Shown: positions 36,453-44,403 of the stretch, in pieces
How the letters are laid out: each line of letters starts with the position of its first letter
Position numbering within the stretch: position 1 is the first letter of the stretch
Virus record (IMG/VR): IMGVR_UViG_3300045988_131126
Source: a virus
Length of the DNA stretch: 64,000 nucleotides
Strand: one strand, 5' to 3'
Notes under the pieces: generated by a model
What the model was told of the DNA's origin: nothing
What the model saw: the letters and a program-made list of their open reading frames with translations, nothing else
Database searches by the model: none
Translations under genes and position numbers: made by a program

Positions 36453-37394
36453 ATGGCTAACTTACAAAGTACATTTAATACTTATAGCAAACGTCCTAGA
36501 TCAGTAGCAGAATATACAATGATGAGAGGTGTAACTGACTTTACAAATGCTGCACAGTTCAATGCATATTTGAAGGGTTATCAGCATCTTGTAGTCATTT
36601 CTGTTCCTGAATATCTTAAAGTATTAGGATCTAATGGAAACGCAGATGCTCAGAAACTTCTGGATCTGTTCTGTTATATTCTTGAATACGAGTTTAAAGG
36701 ACTTGATGGTATTGAAGATATTACTGTTGATAATATCGAATTTACTGATGGTATTTCTACAATGAACTCCATGGGTAAAGTTACTCAGCAGTCTGCATCT
36801 GAAATATCTATGAGCTTTACTGAAAAATCTGGTTCAGTTATCACAAAATTCATTGATATGTATATTAGAGGTGTAAGAGATCCTCGTACACAGGCTAAGA
36901 CATATCATGGATTAATCAAAAATGGTATCCTTGCAGCTGGATTTGAAAATGAAGTATTCAACCTTATGTATATCGTAACTGATGAAACTATGCTTGGTCT
37001 TGAAAAAGCATATCTGTTATGTAATGCATGGCCAAATAAAGTTCCATCCAGTATCTACAATGGTACTAAGGGTGAAATTGAAAAAGTTGATATCGAAGTT
37101 ACTATGCAGTGCTTCGTTATCGACGGTGAAGAAGTAGATGCTAGAGCGCTTAAGATGCTTGCATATCTTAATGAAGCTGATGCTGTTAAGAATATGATGG
37201 CAGTTAATGACGGATTTAGTCAGAATGCTAGGGATAGCGTTAACGGATTTAACAATCATTCTGAAAATCAGATCGAACTTGATTCTGGTAAATTCAAATA
37301 TTCTGTATTTGATACAGTTAATTCAAACTTCGGTATTGATGTCGCAAGTACTACATCTTCCGGATCAAATAACAACAACGCTAATGGTGGCTGA
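36453..37394 (+). CDS. putative tail tube protein
   Basis: 313 aa. Immediately follows the putative sheath (the usual sheath-tube order; jumbo myoviruses have large tube proteins). High-expression codon usage. No specific motif recognised. Confidence 0.35.
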   Translation: MANLQSTFNTYSKRPRSVAEYTMMRGVTDFTNAAQFNAYLKGYQHLVVISVPEYLKVLGSNGNADAQKLLDLFCYILEYEFKGLDGIEDITVDNIEFTDGISTMNSMGKVTQQSASEISMSFTEKSGSVITKFIDMYIRGVRDPRTQAKTYHGLIKNGILAAGFENEVFNLMYIVTDETMLGLEKAYLLCNAWPNKVPSSIYNGTKGEIEKVDIEVTMQCFVIDGEEVDARALKMLAYLNEADAVKNMMAVNDGFSQNARDSVNGFNNHSENQIELDSGKFKYSVFDTVNSNFGIDVASTTSSGSNNNNANGG

Positions 37395-37407
37395 TAAAAA
37401 AATAAAT

Positions 37408-37441
37408 ATATGGATGTATACCAAATGGTATACATCCATAT
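37408..37441. terminator. bidirectional terminator between convergent genes
   Basis: atatggatgtatacc-aaat-ggtatacatccatat (15-bp perfect stem), flanked by A-run and T-run. Confidence 0.75.
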
Positions 37442-37446
37442 TTCTT

Positions 37447-39783
37447 TTAATATCCTCCGTATGAATCTCCGACTGCATTTCCGTTAGCAGAAGCTGCAGT
37501 TTTACGTTTATTATATTCAAACTCTGTTTGTCTCTTAAGATTATCTATCTCATCAGCTTTTACATAAGTACTCAATCTTTGTTTCATCATTAACTTCATA
37601 AAGATTGCTTTCTTTTCATTATTAGCTTGATCATTTTCATTATCATATTCGTAATTAGCTATGGTTTCTGTATTAGCACGTACAGTTTCAAGGATATTAT
37701 TAAGATTTGTAATAGATAAGAATAATGGTTGAGGTAATACACATTTAATGTATACTCTTTCTCCATATTCTGCAGCATATAAAGCTGTTATTATTCTACT
37801 GAAGTAATATTCAAGCTTCTCTTGTCTTAGTATACAGTGCCTTAAGAATTTGATATTAGACATTGTAATTTGCGTAGCAAAGTCTGTACTATATCTTGCA
37901 TTTACTAATTCAAGAGGAATACCAGTAGAATTTACACACTGTTCTTCAAATCTATCTAATAATTCTGTATGAGGTTGAATATCTTGACCATTCATTACTT
38001 CCATTTGTACAGGAGCATCTCCAGATTGTCCAACAGGAATAACAAAGTCATTATATCTACCTATAATATTCAATATAGAATTCATATTCTCTACTTGACG
38101 TATATTAAAATTAGATATTTTAATCTGATTAATAACGTTCATAAGAGTCTGAGCTATATTGGTTTCGGTATTCTGTTTTACATAGTATACCCTTCTATCT
38201 TGAGATCTTGTTAAAGATGCTATAGTATCATTAATAGAAATACAACAATACATTTTAGCCGCTATTAAGCAAGATAATATGTCAGATATACCTCTATGTG
38301 TATCAGGATCTTCTTCAAATTTAATATGAGTTACATCTTCTTCTGGTAAGAATGTAACTTTGATATTAGAAGTTGAAGCTCCATTGAAAAGATCATTATA
38401 TTTTAATACTGCATATATTTCACCCGCTAAATCTGGATTAGTATTGATAAATTGCGTATCAATCTGACTAGCTATATTAGATGCTACATATTTTAATAAT
38501 TGGTTTTTATCTTGTTCTGCTTTAAAATCTTGAGAATTTTTAACAGCGTTTCTATCATACATTGTAGAACCATAACCAGAAGAATCATACTGGTTACTAT
38601 ATAAAATAGAATTATCTGTATTTGGATCAAATTCAAAGTAATAATATCCTAAACATATTTCGTCAATATATAATAATACAACGTTTTCAGGCTTTAATGT
38701 TTTTAATACACAACCCGGTGTTTTTACATTATATGAATCGACACTATTATTTATACCAGATTTAATCAAACCGTCTCTAGCACTTTGATCAAAGTCTTTA
38801 GTTGGTAATTCTAATTCATCTGATATAGTTTTATTCAATTTAGTTTTCTTATCGCTAGTATTATTTTTTAATGAATTTGGTAAAGCATCTTCCATTAATG
38901 CCATTTCGTCTATATTATCGCATACAGAGCCAACTTCATTAACTATACTCATAGATTCTCTTAATCTAGTCTGATCATTAACAGCAGACTCAAGAACTCC
39001 AGTATAATTATATGATACATTGATATTATATGTATTTGTAGTAATCTGATTATTTAATTTTAAGTCTTTTGTAGTAATTCCATCTATTCTGATTACTGAT
39101 TCATGTAATCCTCCTGGATTACTAACTGACATGGTTTTAGATTTATCTCTTAAAAGTTTAGCCAAAGCTTTCTTATATGGTGGATGATAAATAAATTCTT
39201 CACCATATTTCATTGTACTATAAGTGGCTTTATCGAATTTTTCTGCTAATTTATATTTCTTTTTAATATTTTCAATACGAGTATTAAATACAACTCTATC
39301 CTCATCATATGTAGATGATACAGTAGCATTAACAAAGTCTTTAGAGAAATTATCTGATGATAATATGGCGTCTCTTTTAGCTTTTAATGCTTCATCAAGC
39401 TTAGGCATATATTTACATACTGTATCTATTTCATTATACAGATCTTTTATATTCTTATTCTGTAAATATATGCCTAATATATTATTTGTAACACCCTCAT
39501 CTCCAAAAGTGTCTTCTATTTTCTTCTGAACTTGTCTATCATTAAGATTCTTAGACAATAATGCTCTTGAATAAAGTTTAGTAAGATTTGGAGCATCTAT
39601 ATCATTATTTCTATTCATGATAGCATCAATATTATCTTCAACTCTGCCAGATACATCGTCCAATTCTTTTTTGGAGGTTCTGGATGAGTTATATGTCTGC
39701 CTGTAGTGGTCGTTCATTCGGTTATTCAATATTTTAGACAGATCGACAATTTTAGAAAAATTAAATCTGTTTCTATTTGCCAT
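37447..39783 (-). CDS. large hypothetical virion-associated protein (possibly portal)
   Basis: 778-aa ORF next to the structural block. The size fits a jumbo-phage portal, but I recognise no diagnostic motif. The start is preceded by an SD-sequestering hairpin. Confidence 0.3.
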   Translation of the reverse strand: MANRNRFNFSKIVDLSKILNNRMNDHYRQTYNSSRTSKKELDDVSGRVEDNIDAIMNRNNDIDAPNLTKLYSRALLSKNLNDRQVQKKIEDTFGDEGVTNNILGIYLQNKNIKDLYNEIDTVCKYMPKLDEALKAKRDAILSSDNFSKDFVNATVSSTYDEDRVVFNTRIENIKKKYKLAEKFDKATYSTMKYGEEFIYHPPYKKALAKLLRDKSKTMSVSNPGGLHESVIRIDGITTKDLKLNNQITTNTYNINVSYNYTGVLESAVNDQTRLRESMSIVNEVGSVCDNIDEMALMEDALPNSLKNNTSDKKTKLNKTISDELELPTKDFDQSARDGLIKSGINNSVDSYNVKTPGCVLKTLKPENVVLLYIDEICLGYYYFEFDPNTDNSILYSNQYDSSGYGSTMYDRNAVKNSQDFKAEQDKNQLLKYVASNIASQIDTQFINTNPDLAGEIYAVLKYNDLFNGASTSNIKVTFLPEEDVTHIKFEEDPDTHRGISDILSCLIAAKMYCCISINDTIASLTRSQDRRVYYVKQNTETNIAQTLMNVINQIKISNFNIRQVENMNSILNIIGRYNDFVIPVGQSGDAPVQMEVMNGQDIQPHTELLDRFEEQCVNSTGIPLELVNARYSTDFATQITMSNIKFLRHCILRQEKLEYYFSRIITALYAAEYGERVYIKCVLPQPLFLSITNLNNILETVRANTETIANYEYDNENDQANNEKKAIFMKLMMKQRLSTYVKADEIDNLKRQTEFEYNKRKTAASANGNAVGDSYGGY

Positions 39784-39784
39784 T

Positions 39785-39859
39785 GGATGGAAACCTCCCT
39801 TACCACGAATTATCTTATTGTTCCAGCGATAATTCTATATGGTAAGGGAGACTCCATCC
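39785..39859 (-). promoter_or_regulatory. 17-bp hairpin sequestering the Shine-Dalgarno sequence of 37447..39783
   Basis: Plus-strand arms ggatgga-aac-ctcccttacc (39785-39804) and ggtaagggag-ac-tccatcc (39841-39859) give 7+10 bp with a small internal loop and a 36-nt apical loop. In the minus-strand mRNA the 3' arm contains AAGGGAGG, and the ATG starts 1 nt after the stem. Confidence 0.55.
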
Positions 39860-39860
39860 T

Positions 39861-40589
39861 TTATTCTGACAAACTTCTATATCTTAATAAGCATTTAATC
39901 ATTAAATCTTTTGGTTTACTTTTTATAATTTCTACTATAGAAACGTTGCTTCCATCATGTAAATCATATAAAGTTATTGATACTTTATCTTTAGCTGTGA
40001 TTGGATACATGCCGCCATATAATGTAATGATATTATTATCTAAATTAACCATTTCCATTCCATCTCCAGCTTTCATAGATAAACTGTTCGTAATATCCGC
40101 ATTCTGCCTTAAATCATCCAAATGATAGATTAATGTTGGATCATCAAGACTATATGGATTTGAGCCATGTCCTAATAAACGAGCGTTACGAGCTAATTTA
40201 TATAATTTATCACCCACAAACGATTTACCTACCCATAACTTGGAATAACCCATTTGGTCGTACACATTACAATTGCTTATATATCCAAATTCATTTTCTT
40301 TCATCAAAGCTATGATTTCATTTTTATTAAAATATAACGTGTAATCTGAAACTGCATTTCCTTTTTCATCAGACCACGTCCAATGATTAATATCCCCATC
40401 ATTTAATGCGAAATCTATATATTCTATATACGTTACAGATGAAAAATCATCATCTGTTCCGTATACGTTTACTCGTACTATATCTAAAAATTTTTCTACT
40501 GACACAGCAAACCATTTTTTCTTTGTATACTTTACATATTCAAAAATCTTTAAAAAGTTTTCAAGTGATAATCCTACATATTTTCCCAT
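39861..40589 (-). CDS. hypothetical protein immediately downstream of the polymerase N-fragment
   Basis: 242 aa with AAGGAG RBS. The start lies 12 nt after the PolB-N stop. Contains GSNPYSLDDPTLIYHLDD (LIYH at 40112-40123). Confidence 0.75.
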   Translation of the reverse strand: MGKYVGLSLENFLKIFEYVKYTKKKWFAVSVEKFLDIVRVNVYGTDDDFSSVTYIEYIDFALNDGDINHWTWSDEKGNAVSDYTLYFNKNEIIALMKENEFGYISNCNVYDQMGYSKLWVGKSFVGDKLYKLARNARLLGHGSNPYSLDDPTLIYHLDDLRQNADITNSLSMKAGDGMEMVNLDNNIITLYGGMYPITAKDKVSITLYDLHDGSNVSIVEIIKSKPKDLMIKCLLRYRSLSE

Positions 40590-40601
40590 GGTTTAATCTC
40601 C

Positions 40602-42539
40602 TTATTTTATTTTCTTTAAATATGGTTTAAAATCTTTAGACTTATCAGAATCTCTTATAATAGGTCTAAATGTATTTTCTGGATCATGATAAATTGGATT
40701 ATAAAATCCACTTTCTATATCAGGATAATGATAAATTGGATTATAAAATCCATCACTATTTATATCAAGCATTGGATTTATTGGGAACCTTACTTTAGTA
40801 AAGAATTCATCAAAATCTTCCATCATCTCTCTTATAGATGCTAAATGGAACCAACGTTTACCAACTTCAAGGTAGTTTCCGTTATTAAAGTCCATAAGGA
40901 ATCTACCACCTCTATAATAAAATTCATATCTAAATGGATTTTCATTTTCATATACTTGTGTAGGTATTTCTAATCTACCAACTTGAGTATTTGGAGCCAT
41001 ATTATTTTCTCTTGCAATACTTGGATACAGAGACTTATAATCAAAATCTACTAGATTATCCATAATATTTAAAATCTCTCCATTTTGCTTTAATTTAGAA
41101 TAATCGCTATTATGCTTAGGATTACCTACTAAAGCTCCAGGGAACTTAACGTTACTATTATTTCTATTAACGTTATTACCAATAATAAATCCCTGATTAT
41201 AGAATTCTTTTGCTCCTCTATTTGTAAGATAAACAGTCTGTCTGTGACCTTTATCATATCTTGTATTATTCATTACACACTTACCAAAGATATAATCTAT
41301 ATCACCGGTTTTAACTTCAATACATTTCTGAACAATTGTATCGACGATATTATAGAATACAAATGTCTTATAATCTAAATATGGTAATTTAGAGATATCA
41401 TGTGTAATATGAGAATAATCTAATTTATTTACACCTGCTATAACTTCACCGATATCATCCAATTTAAATGATTTAAATGCTGACTGACCTTTACGTCTTG
41501 AAGCAAATTGAATCATTTGGTCCAATAATACTGTATACATAGAAAACGTATATCTATCGCATCTCTCTGCATATTCATTTCTATGTCTTTCATCTATATA
41601 ATACTTAGCAACTTTCTTTTCAAAAGCTGGATGAGACATGATCTCTGCTGGATCATATCCTAAGTTAATTATTCTCTCATATATATACGGAATATCGAAT
41701 GCCATGTTCCATGCCAATAAGAAGTCTGGTTCATATTTATTAATAAATTGAAATAATGAATATATTAATTGGATCTCTTCATCAAAGAATGCAAGACGTA
41801 CATCCAAATTATCTACTCCATATTTTTTTGCTTTTTCTGGTCCACCTACAGTTGTTATTAAAAACTCTCTTAATTCTTTAAATAAATTTGGATCGGTTTT
41901 TGCTTCATGTTCAAATTTTTCTATTAACGGATTATTTGGGTTTCTTAATAAAAATACTTTTACAAGATTTTCTTGTTCTATTATACATGATACTGCATTT
42001 ATAGGACACTCTCCCATCTCTGGAAAGTCTCCTTTCATATCTATAGTATCAGCCTCAATATCGAAGAATGCCTTCGTTACAGGACAAATATCATTTTTAT
42101 AATATAAATCAAACATGAATTTATATCTGTCTTCTATATTAGAATCACTAAATAATATATTAGGTAATTCGTGTAATAATTGATTATTTCTAAATTGACC
42201 AGTTCTTAAATTCTCATAAAAGAATTCTTCGTTACCTGTATTCTCAGCAATAGATTTTAATAAATCTCTATATTTACAAGTAATCTTATCTACTTTCTCT
42301 TTCTCTACAATAAACAAATTATGATCTGTTGTATATTCAGGTTTTAATTTATAATAATCGAAATCTGGCTTCATAATATACCTATGACCTTTTTTACCAG
42401 TTTCTAAATCTTTATATATCATAAGCATATAATCTGGATCATATTTTCCATCCTCTCTCTTTTGAGGATAATGATATCTATTATCTAATAAAGTAATATT
42501 ACTATTAAAAGGATATCCTTTAATTAATTCATCGCTCAT
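40602..42539 (-). CDS. family-B DNA polymerase, N-terminal fragment (3'-5' exonuclease + palm motif A)
   Basis: 645 aa. ExoI FFDIEAD, ExoII LLAWNMAFDIPYI, ExoIII YNIVDTIV, motif A VDFDYKSLYPSI (about 41021-41048). Ends in a tail with two GFYNPIYH copies (40686-40700 and 40728-40742). Confidence 0.85.
   Translation of the reverse strand: MSDELIKGYPFNSNITLLDNRYHYPQKREDGKYDPDYMLMIYKDLETGKKGHRYIMKPDFDYYKLKPEYTTDHNLFIVEKEKVDKITCKYRDLLKSIAENTGNEEFFYENLRTGQFRNNQLLHELPNILFSDSNIEDRYKFMFDLYYKNDICPVTKAFFDIEADTIDMKGDFPEMGECPINAVSCIIEQENLVKVFLLRNPNNPLIEKFEHEAKTDPNLFKELREFLITTVGGPEKAKKYGVDNLDVRLAFFDEEIQLIYSLFQFINKYEPDFLLAWNMAFDIPYIYERIINLGYDPAEIMSHPAFEKKVAKYYIDERHRNEYAERCDRYTFSMYTVLLDQMIQFASRRKGQSAFKSFKLDDIGEVIAGVNKLDYSHITHDISKLPYLDYKTFVFYNIVDTIVQKCIEVKTGDIDYIFGKCVMNNTRYDKGHRQTVYLTNRGAKEFYNQGFIIGNNVNRNNSNVKFPGALVGNPKHNSDYSKLKQNGEILNIMDNLVDFDYKSLYPSIARENNMAPNTQVGRLEIPTQVYENENPFRYEFYYRGGRFLMDFNNGNYLEVGKRWFHLASIREMMEDFDEFFTKVRFPINPMLDINSDGFYNPIYHYPDIESGFYNPIYHDPENTFRPIIRDSDKSKDFKPYLKKIK
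40686..40752 (-). repeat. in-frame tandem duplication (25-nt exact repeat, 42-nt period) encoding GFYNPIYH twice
   Basis: atgataaattggattataaaatcca at 40686-40710 and 40728-40752, identical. Confidence 0.9.
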
Positions 42540-42674
42540 TTTTTATTATCAACCTTTCTAATCGTATGTAATTTGATACAATTATGTATTACTATATAGT
42601 TTTCAGACTAGTATAATTTCAATATATTCACATTATGGTAAGAATGCATAATTTGCTTAGTGAAAGGAGATACT

Positions 42675-43649
42675 ATGGATTTAATATATCACGATTACTC
42701 ATCCGATTCATATAACCCATCTGAAAACCAACCTGTAGTAGCAGGAGTTAAAGATGAAGATATAGGAATAGATTTTTCTAAAATAGGTCAGGATGATTCT
42801 CTTGTTATTTCTTCTCCTGTTGGAATTTCAGAAGAAAAGCCGAAAAGAAAACGAAGAACTGGCGACCCTAATAAAGTAGTAAAAGTTTCTGAGAGTAAAT
42901 CTTCTTCTAATAACAATGGTTTAGAACCATTTGAGAAGAAATATGAAGAAACTAATAGTATGCTTAAAGAAGTAATTGCACAAACCAATATGAGTATGGC
43001 TGATATCAACGAAGATATCAGATTACTTCGTAATTCTAAAACCGTTAGAAATAAATATACTTATTTAAGTAATTTAACAGATGCTTCTGCATCAATGCTT
43101 AGCAATAAACTTAATGCTATTAAGGAAATGAATAACTCTATTACAAAGGCACAAGACTTTGAAATGAAACGAGCTAAAGAGCTTCATCTAAACGATAATG
43201 TAGATGATGATAAAGCTATTCAAGATATGTATAAAGCTTTCGTAACTGCATCAGTTCCTAATCCTTATGCAGCACTTGGACCAACATCCAGAGATATGAC
43301 TGTACGTAATGATGCTATTATAGCAGGTACAATACCTAATAATACTATGGATGATGTTGCTGCTTATAATAATTATGTTCAAAATATGACTCCTCAGCAA
43401 CATATGATTGCATTGGAGAATGATCCTAATGTACAGCAAGTTGTAGTTTGGAACAAATCTACAGGAGCTAAATCATTCGAAATTATGAATATGGCTACTG
43501 GAGAGATTCTTCAGAATGTAGATAAACATGATATTATGTTTATGGAAGATACTACTATAGATGAAAGAAATCATACAGCTAGAAATATCAAACTGAATGA
43601 ATCATATCCTCTTGTAGTAATCGGAGAATCTGCTATCGATGAATATTAA
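42675..43649 (+). CDS. hypothetical protein
   Basis: ATG 42675 after AAAGGAG (the track's GTG 42660 overlaps the RBS). 324 aa. The N-terminus MDLIYHDYSSDSYNP resembles FPIYHDYTSYNPIYH of the RNAP beta fragment. Confidence 0.7.
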   Translation: MDLIYHDYSSDSYNPSENQPVVAGVKDEDIGIDFSKIGQDDSLVISSPVGISEEKPKRKRRTGDPNKVVKVSESKSSSNNNGLEPFEKKYEETNSMLKEVIAQTNMSMADINEDIRLLRNSKTVRNKYTYLSNLTDASASMLSNKLNAIKEMNNSITKAQDFEMKRAKELHLNDNVDDDKAIQDMYKAFVTASVPNPYAALGPTSRDMTVRNDAIIAGTIPNNTMDDVAAYNNYVQNMTPQQHMIALENDPNVQQVVVWNKSTGAKSFEIMNMATGEILQNVDKHDIMFMEDTTIDERNHTARNIKLNESYPLVVIGESAIDEY

Positions 43650-43660
43650 CTATATATTAA

Positions 43661-43715
43661 ATACAAGATTGTCTCATTGGTCCTGCTGCTGAAATGAAAC
43701 CATCTTGTATTTTTC
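43661..43715 (+). terminator. rho-independent terminator (long bulged hairpin)
   Basis: atacaagat...atcttgtat outer stem, tcatt/aatga inner stem, then tttt. Confidence 0.6.
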
Positions 43716-43940
43716 ACTCGAAGCTGTTTTACTGGCTTGAATTCTGGTGTGGATGAACACCTCCTCCGAAAAATTGTAACGATGGTACTTGGTAGCCTCA
43801 TGCAACTCTGTCTTGCATGGGGTTGCTAAGTTGTTTTAAATAGTTATAACAATTTCATAATTAGACAGGGATGCCTAATTATGTATTTTGTATTTTTCAT
43901 AAAGTTTTTTCCTTTTTTTGTTTTTTTGAGTAGTTACGGA

Positions 43941-43986
43941 GAAATAATAGATAGTGAATATTCGCTATCTATTATTTTCTGTTTTT
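43941..43986 (+). terminator. terminator-like hairpin with no ORF upstream
   Basis: gaaataatagatag...ctatctattattttc (14 bp, one bulge) followed by tgttttt. Confidence 0.5.
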
Positions 43987-44403
43987 AAATAACAAGTATA
44001 ACATTAAATTAAATATAGAAGTTGCCACTCTATATTTACGTAAAGCCTTTCCATGTGTGGTTTATGAATGGTATTTATGTGTGCGTAATAGTTTTGTTTT
44101 TCCACCTAGACATACTTAATAGTATGTCTAGGCCCTCGCATCTATAAAAATAAAATATATTTTTGAATAAATATCCTGTATGATCGAATTGATCATACAG
44201 GATATATTTTGTCAATAGTAAGGGGCTATTGACATAGATCAAGACCGGATAGGATAACTCCTATCCTGCGTTACAATAAAAATAAATAAGAAGGAGTTAT
44301 ACTTCGTAAAGAGAAAAACTAGCAGAATGTTACACGAAGGGATGTTTTAAAACTTTTTACTACTAGTCTTCTCTTTACTCAGATGTATAATATACTATCA
44401 TTT

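Larger units (their letters stand above)
43650..44403. other. 754-bp ORF-free, hairpin-dense intergenic island
   Basis: No ORF of 60 aa or more on either strand. Locally higher G+C. Stable hairpins at 43796-43822, 43857-43882, 43941-43979, 44105-44132, 44171-44205, 44210-44234 and 44247-44266. Confidence 0.7.

Noticed and set aside
19195-42539. Is the split polymerase explained by an intein or a homing-endonuclease insertion?
   Set aside because: There are no Cys/Ser...HN intein splice-junction blocks at the fragment ends. No HNH, GIY-YIG or LAGLIDADG ORF flanks either fragment. The intervening 19 kb consists of ordinary phage genes.
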